The translations under genes were made by a program, and so were the position numbers. A stretch of DNA of 63,820 bases, counting the filler, from Globobulimina sp. (taxonomy: Eukaryota), in the NCBI GenBank assembly GCA_003354225.1. It is 22 parts of 22 records of this genome, joined end to end, with 100 filler letters (N's around TTAATTAATTAA, not from the genome) between each part and the next. Parts side by side here need not be neighbours in the genome. Positions count along the whole stretch, not along the records: positions 31,972 to 34,776 come from PIVH01004808.1; positions 34,877 to 37,681 come from PIVH01004809.1; positions 37,782 to 40,586 come from PIVH01004810.1; positions 40,687 to 43,491 come from PIVH01004811.1; positions 43,592 to 46,396 come from PIVH01004812.1; 17 more parts are not named here. One strand, 5' to 3'. This document shows, piece by piece, positions 32,720-44,091 of this stretch. The notes under the pieces are model-generated. The model did not search any database and was not told the origin of the DNA. It worked only from the letters and a program-made list of their open reading frames with translations. How positions within the stretch are numbered: position 1 is the first letter of the stretch; every line of letters starts with the position of its first letter.

Positions 32720-34111
32720 ATGTTGCATTCAATATCTTCTGCCTCAATTTCTAGTTTGGATTTAGACAATGACTACAAAGCAAAAGTGCTATTGATCGTT
32801 GCTGATGATAAATATATTGGATCTTCATCTTTTGAGGAGATATTGCAAAATGATACAGATTTTAAGAACGCCGCGTTGCCAGAATATGATATTTTAGAAT
32901 GGAAAGAAAAAGCAATCACATCGGGTTCCTTTGAGATTAAAGATTATATTCAAATATCAAAGCAAATATCGTTAAAATATTTAGATTATGATGGCTTTGT
33001 GATATTAGATTCAATATCAACAATACCTTATACTTCATCGTTTTTGTCATTTATGTTTGAGAATTTAGCAAAACCCGTAGTATTAACTGGCTCGCATTCA
33101 AATTCAATGACGCAAATATTCTCCGACGCAAAATCAAACTTATTACATTCATTAATTGTTGCAGCATACACCAATATTTGCGAAGTCATTGTATGTTTCA
33201 ATAAGAAAATATTTCGAGGAAATAGAATCGCGAGAATTGATATATCATCGCATGATCCATTCATCACATATAATTATCCGACATTGGGTCAATTCACAGC
33301 AACAAACCTGTTGTTAACCAATCATTGCAAAAGACAGACTGTCAAACGCAGATTTAAAGCATTTACAAAAATATTTGCAAACATTATTGTCATACATCTT
33401 ATTCCTCATTTAACTGACAATATTCTCAAACTCTTATTATTTCAGCAATTAACAAAACGCAGAAAGAGTAGAAAAAATTCCAATTCGCCATCGTTATCAC
33501 CGTGGCATTCACCGTCACCATCGTGGAAAGGAAAAAAAACAGCATTCTCTAAACTTGACAGTTTCCAATTACGTGGCAAATCAATGCCGCAATTGCAGTC
33601 AATAAAAAGTAGCAAATCAAGGAACTTATCCCGTTCATTATCCGCAGTGAAAGGTGTAATATTATCATTTTTTGGTGTTGGTAATGGTCCGGCACGGCAA
33701 TCATTTAAAGACATTCTACGTCGAGCAGTGGATGAGTATGAATGTGAGATTGTGCTCACTTGTCAAACATTTAAAGGTGGAATGGACACTTCCTTCTATA
33801 AAAGTGGTAACTTTTTCGCTGATTTAAACTTAATAACTGCAGCTGATATGACTACGGAATGTTGTGTGGCTAAGTTGTCGTACTTGTTAGGCAAAGGATA
33901 TCGAGGCAACCAATTGAAGGAACAATTTGAGGCAAACTTGCGAGGTGAAATGACGGAAGCGTATGAAAAGAAAAGGCGCATTGTGCAACACATTCCGATG
34001 GATCATCTCGTAAATCAAAGTTTGTCGAGCTCTGCTTCAGAGGAAGAAGAGGAAACTATTCAACGATCAGATGATCAAAATGATACTAACAATGACTGTG
34101 ATTTGATTTAA
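32720..34111 (+). CDS. Type I L-asparaginase-like protein with degenerate active site
   Basis: YDGFVILDSISTIPYTSSFLSFMFENLAKPVVLTGS, DAKSNL, IFRGNR, GVIL.FFGVGNGP, DMTTECCVAKLSYLLG, NLRGEMT. Confidence 0.9.
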   Translation: MLHSISSASISSLDLDNDYKAKVLLIVADDKYIGSSSFEEILQNDTDFKNAALPEYDILEWKEKAITSGSFEIKDYIQISKQISLKYLDYDGFVILDSISTIPYTSSFLSFMFENLAKPVVLTGSHSNSMTQIFSDAKSNLLHSLIVAAYTNICEVIVCFNKKIFRGNRIARIDISSHDPFITYNYPTLGQFTATNLLLTNHCKRQTVKRRFKAFTKIFANIIVIHLIPHLTDNILKLLLFQQLTKRRKSRKNSNSPSLSPWHSPSPSWKGKKTAFSKLDSFQLRGKSMPQLQSIKSSKSRNLSRSLSAVKGVILSFFGVGNGPARQSFKDILRRAVDEYECEIVLTCQTFKGGMDTSFYKSGNFFADLNLITAADMTTECCVAKLSYLLGKGYRGNQLKEQFEANLRGEMTEAYEKKRRIVQHIPMDHLVNQSLSSSASEEEEETIQRSDDQNDTNNDCDLI

Positions 34112-34282
34112 TTTGATTGTATTTCTATTTCTGGTTTCTCCATAGTTTCTGATTCTGTACTTTGATTTGGATCTTTCACTCGAACAAAACTATTATTATA
34201 TATAATATGTTTACTTTTTATTTATTACGTTTAATTTCATAAACAAAATGTTTTGAAGAAAGGAAAACTCATTTTGTTGCCA

Positions 34283-34776
34283 ATGATAAATATCAGCTTT
34301 GTTAAAGAGTTTATTTCTTTGAAACAAAATAAATTACAGATATTACAAAATGTGCAATTACTTCTTCCAAAATTACTAATAAATATAAAACATGCACAAA
34401 ATACACAATATAAAATCTCTACAAACTCTCAATTTGGATATGGATATACAAATTTATTATTTCATGTCCAGCCCATTGGATATAATGAACAATACTTATT
34501 AAGAATATATGGTGAATCCGTTGTGAACAGAGAAAGAGAATTACGCTATTTATTGGAATTACAAAATGTTAATATTGGTCCGAAAGTATATGGTGTTTTT
34601 GACAATGGCAGAATTGAGGAATACTATTCTGATGCAATTGTAGTCGATCCATTAAAAGGATATCCCAAAGCAAATAAAATAGCACAAGCTATGGCATATT
34701 TTCATCACGTTATTCAACAAAATCAACAAATAAGAATATCAGTTATTGATCAAGAAGCGATATGGCCAATGTTACA
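34283..34776 (+). CDS. Choline/ethanolamine kinase, 3'-truncated
   Basis: GYTNLLF, LLRIYG, NREREL, GPKVYGVFDNGRIEEY, IAQAMAYFH. Confidence 0.88.
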
Positions 34777-34876
34777 NNNNNNNNNNNNNNNNNNNNNNNN
34801 NNNNNNNNNNNNNNNNNNNNTTAATTAATTAANNNNNNNNNNNNNNNNNNNNNNNNNNNNNNNNNNNNNNNNNNNN

Positions 34877-35837
34877 TCTACATTGAAAAATTAAAACAAA
34901 AACAGAAACATTTAAAATCACTATTAAATGAATCCGCTGCCACCTTACAACAAACTGTATCACACATCGCATCTGTCCATAATTATAAGCGCAGAAACAA
35001 TAAAAACGATAAAATCACGTCGGACAAGGACCAATTGCAAAAATCCGTAACTCCGCTACGTAATATGTATGAATTTATGGCCATGCATGACAATGACCCA
35101 CTAAATAGTTCATTGCATATTGCCCCAATAACGCCAATGACACCATTTGAGCCCTTAAACATATGCAATAATGACAGCAATGGCACTGCAATGACCTCAT
35201 CGAGCACCAACAATATGACACCTATTACCACTCCAAACATGCGACGCAATAAAAATGATCACTCGAACAGCACTTCTTATGCTTCTACCAACGAGAATAG
35301 CCATAATACAAACACATGCACACAGACCGGAACAACCACCAATGCCTCGAGTATCAGAGCTATATTGGAGCTCGAGGTGATACCCGACGCGCATACTGCA
35401 GCTCAGGAGTTGATGATTAATACCAATTATAATGGGTATAATATGCAGCCACAAATGTATGCTCAAAACCCAATGTCTCCGCAAGTGTATTATACGCCGC
35501 ATAAATCCAAAGCCATTCAATCGCCGATCTTATACCAAGTCATACCGCAGAATAAAGGTAAATTTGTATACTTGTGATATTTATTTTTATTTAATTGTTT
35601 GTTGTGTGTTGCGTGTATATAGTTATTATGCCATCGTATGTACGTTATCAACCTCAGCAACTACAGCCGCATGAACATAATATGTATGGCGAAAACATTA
35701 GTAAGCATATGAAAGAAAATAAAAATAAGCAATATATTGAGAAACAATCTGGCTGTGTTGCGTGGAATGAGTCCAAGTATTGCGATATTGCTGCCTTACA
35801 AAGTTCTGGATACGTGATCTCAAATCAATATTATTAA
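34877..35837 (+). CDS. Low-complexity hypothetical protein, 5'-truncated, with an intron near 35558-35622
   Basis: Long open frame rich in N/T/S/P; GTAAAT...TATAG intron links it to the 35595-35837 frame. Confidence 0.55.
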
Positions 35838-36401
35838 TTATACTATGTTATATTAATTAAAATTAATGAAGGCCATTCAAACGAAAAAAATGTTTATTTT
35901 TTCTTTTTTTTTTTTGCGAGCAAACGATATAAACAAATTTGAAATGTTGTATGGTCTTAAATGTTTAACGTATTTTGTTTTGGATGTTTATTTATTTATT
36001 AGTCTTTTGTCGTGTTTGTCTTGTTTGTTTGTTATTATTTTGTGAATGTAATTAATCGATCTCGCTCGTAATCAATGTTTGATGGGATATTAAATGTTCT
36101 CCAGAGGCACATGCAGGAATCTTATATCTCTATCGATCGTCCAAGAGCCAGATAATTGTTCCGGTGAACGATGCGTTTTGGTACAACTTATGTATTATCA
36201 GTTTTTTTTAATTTTATAAAATCCTGACATAACAGTGCTGTCAGAATGATTAATGAAGCATTGCAGCAAACGGATTGCGAAAAGATACGAATAAAATATA
36301 AGAAAACAGTTCGTAAACAAGAGAAAGTGTCCTTGCACAGATTCACACAAACAAAAAAAGCACACAATGGTTCACAATAAAGATAACTAACAAAAACAAC
36401 C

Positions 36402-37226
36402 TTAATTTTTCTGTGTCTGTTCAGTATATTGATTATATTTAAAATGCTCTTTCGAATATGAATTAACATGTTTTTCATGTTGCAATATGAGGTATTTTTT
36501 CCTCAATCTTCGTTTGTTAATTTTGCTTCTTACACTTAAAAATAAACAAATTAATAACAATCCCATGCAAATTGCAGAAAGTGTTAATAAAATGCATCTA
36601 AATATAATTGGAATTTGCAAATAATAATCTTTGATTTTGTCCCATATGTTTTTATGTGTATCATCTCTACATACTCCATCTTTATATATTATCTCTTTTC
36701 CGTTGTCTTTATCTCCGTGTTCACAGTCCGTATTTATGGATGAATTGAAACATGTTTTTGATGGGATACACCAATCACATCCAACATAATACAATGTCGT
36801 ACATCGTTCGCAAGTGGTACTGTCATAGCAATTGCAATTGAATTAGCAAATACAATTTAAAATATACTGCATCAATAACAATTATTCATACCTTGTTTCA
36901 CAACATTTAAATAAATGATTTGGACCAGTAATGGTCTCCATTGGTTGCTGTGTTTTTGCATCTTTGCATTGTGACGTATCGTATGTTGAGGTCTCATGAC
37001 ATGAATTATCAATTGTGCACCAAATACAACTGCTATTTGCGATACATTCCCCACAATTTGAGGCATTGATCCGTTCGTCAATAAAATCACATGGATAGAT
37101 CTTGTGTGTGGGTTTAAATGTTATTTGCTGCACTGGTGTAGGTGTTGAATGATGTGGGGACGGATTTAATTGTGATAATACTGACAGTGACAATGTAACA
37201 ATAAATAATAGTGAAATGAGTGCCAT
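36402..37226 (-). CDS. Single-pass membrane protein with two PSI (plexin-like) repeats
   Basis: join(36892-37226, 36402-36819). Signal peptide, CGECIANSSCIWC...C, CERC....GCDWC...C, TM, basic tail (PTTG1IP-like layout). Confidence 0.75.
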
Positions 37227-37283
37227 TATTAATGAATAAACACTATTTTTTTTCTAGTTGTTTTGAAACAATCGCAATGGGCA

Positions 37284-37681
37284 ATGGGTGTTGAAGGTCT
37301 TTTATCAAGTATGGTTTGCACCAATTCATTTTTAAACAATCAATAAGTAAAACACCATCAAATGCGCAGTTGTTAAGCATTACCGCGAAGCGTTTGCTTA
37401 CGACGTAGTCAACGCAGATCTCAATGATGATTTCGATTATAAATACTTCCTATTTGATGGTTCCAGTTACTTATGGAACACGTATGTTTTCCACAATTTA
37501 TCTCAACATTGATGACTCTTTCAATTCATCACAGAATGAAAGGTAATATCTTAATGGATTTTGGTTACATTCGTCGCAGAGCAAAAGTTTGTTATCTATG
37601 CCACCTCCATTCCAATATTAATGTGCTATTAATTACACACAACAGACAATGGTGGAAAAATTATAGTCAAAACATCTTGGC
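37284..37681 (+). CDS. XPG/asteroid-type PIN nuclease N-terminus, four exons, with in-frame TAG near contig end
   Basis: Exons 37284-37308, 37370-37481, 37535-37586, 37646-end give MGVEGLLSIVKH...FLFDGSSYL...DFGYIRRRAKTMVEKL*SKHLG. Confidence 0.6.
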
Positions 37682-37781
37682 NNNNNNNNNNNNNNNNNNN
37701 NNNNNNNNNNNNNNNNNNNNNNNNNTTAATTAATTAANNNNNNNNNNNNNNNNNNNNNNNNNNNNNNNNNNNNNNNNNNNN

Positions 37782-38658
37782 GGAACTTATTTACAATATT
37801 TGAGGCTAACTCTGTATAGCCAAAATCTAATATTTTCCCGATGAAAGAGACATAGGTCGCAGGCGAATCTATGATGATTGTTATGATGCTCTCCATGAAG
37901 TGGGTATAGTATATCTGCGGCAAATATATCCGCATTGCCTCCGTCTCTTCGTCCAAGGCCATGGCCTCTGCCATGGGCTGCGTATTGATTTTGCGCGCTA
38001 TCTCTAAAAATGATATTAATTTGTACAGAATGTCCGCTCTTTGCAGGATGAGCAAGTTTAAAAATTCAAAAATGCGATCTCTGTGCAAATTGGGATAGGA
38101 ATGATTGTGATATTTGTTGTTGTTGTTGTTGTTCATTTTGTATTTTTTGGGCAAGGCTAAGTTTTGAATCCATTGAATAAAATTATGGTAAATCATAAAT
38201 TTTTCGTTTTGTATAGTGATATCGTTGTCGGTGTCGTGTGTTTTTTGCTTATTGATGGAGGCATGCAAATGGTGGGAATGTGTTAATAAAATATTTAGTA
38301 ATTTTAAAAATGATAATTGATCGGGAAAGGTCCAACAACCATTGGATAGATATTCTGCTAGCATACAAAATCTATGTTGGAATTCTTGGGTTTTGTTGGT
38401 GTTTAGCATTGAAAATAAGATGGCGAGAAAATAGAGGTTGTATTCACCTAATAAATGATATAAATAATATGGTGAGGCTCCGTCGAGTTTGCTATATTTT
38501 TGAATGGATATTAGGAAATTCTCTGGTTTTACATCAATTTCTATTTTGTTTAGTGAGGCTATGTGATAGGACATTTCTTCAATTTTATTGTTTGCATTAC
38601 GGCGAAATTGTTGGATTTCGTCACGTAATAAATTGTCACCTGGTCCTAACGACCACAT
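37782..38658 (-). CDS. Hypothetical helical protein, 3'-truncated
   Basis: About 290 open codons, no recognised motif. Confidence 0.6.
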
Positions 38659-38700
38659 GCTTGCGACTTAGAAAAAAAACCTTTAGGATTTTTACTAAAA

Positions 38701-39672
38701 ATGGGTAATATGATGGCGCAAAATGAGAATAAGGAGAGCGATATTGATAGGAATATGTTTTATTTACACATCTCGACATCTGTCGGAAATAATGATATTT
38801 TGTACTGTCCGCATGAACCAGATGCAAAAGATGAGCAAGATGATAAATGCAATGTTGATAATGTTATATTTTTTGGTGGAGATATGCAGGATTTTAAGAG
38901 AAATATGCTTAACAACAATACATTTGGAGAGTATGGCGATTTCTGCTTGGAATCAGTAGCCAAGATATTGAAGAATAAATTTCCAACCTCAAATATTTTA
39001 CTTGTCCGACCATGTGGACGTAATAGAGCTATTTCAATTTTCTGCAATTTTATTGGCGATGTGGACAAATATGGACAATCTGTACCATCGTATAAGAACG
39101 CCATTGGATGTAAACATTTATGTGAATTGTTAGGTGATAAACAAATAAATGCAAGCAATCACAAATTGCATTTAATTGGATTTTCTCGGGGTGTTAATGT
39201 TTTAAATCAATTAATTTATGAAACAGATGTTCGGAATAAAAATAGGGCAGATATTGATCAATTATTTAAGGATATTGATTCAATGTATTTTCTAGATGGT
39301 GGGAATGGAGGCAAACATGTCACATTGCCGACCGATGGTGCTATCATTGACAATTTTATTGCAAATGTAATGAATAAAGGATTTAGATTTAATATTTATG
39401 GCACAAATTATCAATGGAAGGATGAAAACAGAGCATGGGTTGGAAAGGAACAGCAATATTTTGTTGATTATATTAAATTGTTACAAACATCAAATGAATA
39501 TTATAAGAAGCCATATTTTGTGCATCATCATTTGTATGATGATCAATTATTAAATGAATCATTATTGAAAAATAATGTGCAAACATTTAAAATAGCAAAA
39601 AATAAAGCAATTTATAGACATTTTGAATTGCTGAGATTGTTTAATGTTAATAAAGCTAAATTTCGTCTTTAA
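38701..39672 (+). CDS. C2orf69/UPF0565-family protein
   Basis: VIFFGGDMQD, LIGFSRGVNVLNQL, MYFLDGG, GTNYQWKDENRAWVGKE, HFELL. Confidence 0.85.
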   Translation: MGNMMAQNENKESDIDRNMFYLHISTSVGNNDILYCPHEPDAKDEQDDKCNVDNVIFFGGDMQDFKRNMLNNNTFGEYGDFCLESVAKILKNKFPTSNILLVRPCGRNRAISIFCNFIGDVDKYGQSVPSYKNAIGCKHLCELLGDKQINASNHKLHLIGFSRGVNVLNQLIYETDVRNKNRADIDQLFKDIDSMYFLDGGNGGKHVTLPTDGAIIDNFIANVMNKGFRFNIYGTNYQWKDENRAWVGKEQQYFVDYIKLLQTSNEYYKKPYFVHHHLYDDQLLNESLLKNNVQTFKIAKNKAIYRHFELLRLFNVNKAKFRL

Positions 39673-39947
39673 TGTTGACAGTGTGTGCACATAAACCGTT
39701 TAGTTGATTGAGTCATGGATGTATTTGCAAACATTACTGACTGCCACGAAGCAGACATATTAAAATCTGACGCAGTGCACGATGCGTCTTCAGCAATATG
39801 TAACGCACCAATTACATCCGAATAATTTAAATATGGAAATAACGCTTTGGCCTCATCGGCTGTTATTAAATCTGCATTTATGTTTTTTGAGTGGCACACT
39901 GCAGCAATTGAACATGTTGCTGAGATAAAATGGCGTTGCAATTTCAT
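39669..39947 (-). pseudogene. Fragment of sarcosine/dimethylglycine-dehydrogenase-like FAD enzyme
   Basis: LITADEAKALFPYLNYSDVIGALHIAEDA resembles an internal segment of that family. GxGxxG and the rest of the enzyme are absent. Confidence 0.55.
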
Positions 39948-40260
39948 TTCTGTATTTATATAATATATTTTTTTGATTTACTTTTAACCACGAATGTTCG
40001 TGCGGGATTATAATTTTATCACTATGATAATCATTGATTTCCCGATTACCATTATTTGTATTTATTTACATCATTTACTGATTTAATCCTAATGAATATT
40101 TTGCCGTTATTGTATTGTTGATGTGAATCGATGTAAATTCCGTTGATTGAATCAATTGGAAAGGATGACGAGTCAATTAATGATGGATCCACATCCATTT
40201 TAATAAAAGTGCTATTTCAAATAATTTTAATTTCAGTGGTATGTTGCGTATAAATACGCG

Positions 40261-40586
40261 ATGGACAGTAAACAGCCAAAAGAAAACAAACAACGCTCAG
40301 TGCCACCAACACAAACAAACAAACAAAACGATGATACATCCAAACCATTAATCGATTTTGATATTTTTTTAGAGAGTAAAATAAACGAAACGGATAATGA
40401 GAGTGATGAATGTAGGCAGAAAGCAAATGACTGCAAAGCAATAAAGCGAGTAATTGCGGGGTTGATTTATTATGAAATATTAAATGAGGACAGCAGCGGT
40501 CAGAGCATATTTGGCGAGTTTTTATGTTAAATGTATGCAAATTATTTGGATGATATCGCTCATTTTGTTGAACCACTTACAAATAT
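40261..40586 (+). CDS. Hypothetical protein N-terminus interrupted by in-frame TAA, truncated
   Basis: CKAIKRVIAGLIYY...FGEFLC*MYANYLDDIAHF; frame stays open after the stop to contig end. Confidence 0.5.
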
Positions 40587-40686
40587 NNNNNNNNNNNNNN
40601 NNNNNNNNNNNNNNNNNNNNNNNNNNNNNNTTAATTAATTAANNNNNNNNNNNNNNNNNNNNNNNNNNNNNNNNNNNNNNNNNNNN

Positions 40687-41492
40687 AATATGGTCGTTGT
40701 GTGTGATCTCTGCTGTCATCATCATCGGTGGCCATACCTTCATCAATTATATCTCCATCACTTTATACAAGTTTTGTATGTGTTATTTGCAGTACTTTTT
40801 GTCTGTATACTTTATATATGTTTTGCATACCTGTATATTTGCACAGTGTTCATATTATTATTTGCTGTTAAATTATGAATTTTTCTGCTTTTTATGGCTA
40901 ATTCTTGCTGCAATTTGCCCATTTTATGTTGTATTGCATGCATCTTATTTTGTACGTATGTTTTGTGGGTGTCTGGGAATTGTGAGATGTCTGCTTTTTG
41001 ATATTGTGAATAGGCGTTGGTGAATATCATAGATTCGGATTCGTCCTCACTCTCTGTTATCTGCCCAGCGGTGTCGGTATCAACGAATGCTCGAAATGCG
41101 TGATTCGTCAAAGATGCGCTGTTGTTTTTGGTATACAAGCGTGTTTTTGTTGTGCGAGGATATATATACATATATAGTACATACTTGCTGGTGTTATAGT
41201 AGTTGTCTGTTTGTGCTTGTTTTAACATTGGCCTTCTATTGCTTCGTTTGTTCAGTTTGTCCCTGAACTCTTGCACAGACACACGAAATGTAGTAGTGCC
41301 TGGTGTGGCGGCATGAGGGACGGATGAATATGGAAATCGTAATGGAGAGGCGTTTGTTTTTACTTTTAATGTGTGTGTACTGTCAGTATTATGTTTTGTG
41401 TTCATTGTGGTGGGTGTGGATGGATCATAATTGTACAATTCTTTTGCTGTCATGTTCCTTGGTGATGCTTGTTGTACATTTGCCATTATCAC
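40687..41492 (-). CDS. Disordered/coiled-coil hypothetical protein with introns, 3'-truncated
   Basis: 226-aa ORF with probable introns near 41120-41184 and 40761-40830; continues SDGDIIDEGMATDDDD. Confidence 0.55.
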
Positions 41493-41597
41493 TGTGTGTG
41501 TTGAGTCAAGTTCAAGTCAATAATATCAAGAGGCTTGAGATATTATATACAAAAGTAACAAAACAATCAGATACACGTTTGGTTCTAAAATTGGATG

Positions 41598-42588
41598 TTA
41601 TTGAATATAAGTACTGTTTGTTGAAATTGTTAACGTGTTTTGTGTAGTTGCATTTTTATACTCTTCAGTCGTTAACTTATTTTTGTTTGTTGTCGATTCT
41701 TGTAATAAAAGATCTTTTATATCATATTCAAACATATTGTCACAACAACAACAACAACATGGAAATACATCCAACACAGAGTTCTTTTCAATTGCGAAAC
41801 ATGTATGTTTTTGATATATCCATAATAACAATGGAATATTGATGATAATTAAAAATATTGAATGGTTGATACAGTCCATTAATTTGTCATTGAATGACAT
41901 ATCCACAAATTTGTATATAATTTCTGCTGCTGCCACTATACAAACTATGCAAACGATACATATCAACACAGCAACAAACAATGCAAATTTTATTGCTTTT
42001 TTAGCTGTTTCTAGCTTTCCTGCATTTAGATCAATGTTGACGTTGTAGAATATATCCAATAAACGTTTCAATACAAACAATATACACAATGAATGTAGAA
42101 ATACTACCACTGATAATACAATATAAAAGGCATGAGTCCAGTCAATATTATGAGAGGAACAATAAAATGTAAAATAAGAGCACAAGGCAAATAAATACAA
42201 ATTCAATTATATTTAATATGTGTTTGATCCAATTGGGCGGTCTTATATTCACCGGGATGTACATATCATTAATCATCGATATTTGAAAAATATGAAATAA
42301 ATGGAATCCAACAATCATAGTCACTGCTTCCATGGTAAAGGTCAGTGGCCAAAATCCAATGTTATAAATTAATATATAATGTGGGTACAATGAATATAAA
42401 TAAATTAAAATATTCAAAATTGCACTTATTGTGATAAACAAAGTCAACAGCCTCACTCTGCGTAATCGTATACGATTTGTCATCTTAGTGATGCACAATT
42501 GATGCAATATCAAACACCATAATACCATTAAAATGAGACTTGATCCAATGAGCAATATAAAAAAATAAATGTTTGTTTGGTGCGACAT
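41598..42588 (-). pseudogene. 7TM-like membrane protein with a single frameshift near 42150-42160
   Basis: Two overlapping hydrophobic ORFs join if 2 nt are restored in the TTCCTCTC micro-repeat. No intron fits. Could be an assembly error. Confidence 0.6.
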
Positions 42589-42768
42589 CTGTTCAGAAAA
42601 ACCTGATGCGAGACTTCAAAACTTTATGAGTCTTGAATGAATTAACCAAAATATGGTACATTTTACAGATAAAAACATCAAAACTAATTTATGCACAATG
42701 AACAGAAAACCTCATCACAAAACAATAACAATACACGGTCAAAGTTAAACATCACATTTGATTTATTA

Positions 42769-43358
42769 TCACTTTTTTTTCCTTAACAAGGACCAATCCA
42801 ATTGATCCGGGATATCAATAATCTCTCTAAACTGTGGAAATGTGATTTCGTCTCCGGGATATTTCTCCAATGTTATTAGCTAAAACATAAAAAAACCACT
42901 CGTTAACTACGCAAAATCGCAGATAAATAAAATAAAATTTCTTACCTCGTCAGGGGTCAAAGTTTCGCCAGTATTCATTAATAAATTCTTGAGATATGAT
43001 TTTAACACTTTCCCATCGTCGTCTTTTAATGATTCATATGCTTTTCGTATTTCTTGATTGATATTTTCTGGTTTCCTTTTTTGTACAATTTGCATTAAAC
43101 AATCCTCAAATGCTTCAACATCCCATTGTTGTTTTTCATCATCAATGATTTCTTTTAACTGTCCAGCGGTTACTGGTAATCCCAATGCCCGTATTGCTGG
43201 CAACACAGCCTTTGGTGGTAATTCTTCATCGTCTGCAAAAAAAGCAAAAGCTTCGTTTATTGCACGTTGCGTTCCTGGCTATTAAATAATTATCAGTATT
43301 TATCACCGCATCTACAGTGCATTATATTGATGACAATCAGACATACTTTAAACGACAT
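42769..43358 (-). CDS. Calmodulin/myosin-light-chain-like EF-hand protein
   Basis: join(43347-43358, 42946-43278, 42769-42879). INEAFAFF, AIRALG, EIRKAY, LKNLLMNTGETLTPDE. EF loops look degenerate. Confidence 0.85.
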
Positions 43359-43673
43359 GATGGCGGTCAGTGGATTTTGTGTCAGAGTTTTTTTTTAAGT
43401 CACTTCACTTCAAAGCAAAGCACTCCTCTAACTGATGAATCCATCACGGCAAACACGAATAGAATACTGTGGAGGTTGCGCCAAACGAACANNNNNNNNN
43501 NNNNNNNNNNNNNNNNNNNNNNNNNNNNNNNNNNNTTAATTAATTAANNNNNNNNNNNNNNNNNNNNNNNNNNNNNNNNNNNNNNNNNNNNTTTTGGTAT
43601 TTCTTTTTTTTCATTCTCAATTTCTATCTTTACTTCACTAGTTAAAAACTTTCACTTTTTCTACAAACACTTA

Positions 43674-43961
43674 ATGGACCATTACGTTGAAACATACGAA
43701 GTAAACTACGATGACTACTGCTTACAGTGTCATTGCAGCCAATGTGTAACCGTCGATATAGTGTTATTATCTGTTGAAAGATATGCAATTAACAGTCAAT
43801 ATGGTGAATCATATAAGTACCGGCATGATGTAGACAAAGAAAAAATTGTAACCAACATTTCAAGGCTCATATGCAGGAGAAACATTTCAATAGATGTTAT
43901 AAATATTATTTGTGACTATATGGAAAATTGGATTCTTGGAGTTTTGTTCCATGATTATTAA
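43674..43961 (+). CDS. Small hypothetical protein
   Basis: 95-aa ORF with CHCSQC and ISIDVINIICDY; weak support. Confidence 0.35.
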   Translation: MDHYVETYEVNYDDYCLQCHCSQCVTVDIVLLSVERYAINSQYGESYKYRHDVDKEKIVTNISRLICRRNISIDVINIICDYMENWILGVLFHDY

Positions 43962-44091
43962 TAACCGGACAATTCATGCAATAATTAGTTGTCATCGGAC
44001 GAAAAAAAAAAACTTAGTATATAAAAATAAAAGTCGGTTTACATTTAAATTCCGTAAAAAACAAAAACTTTCCACTACCACTCAGTCAATA

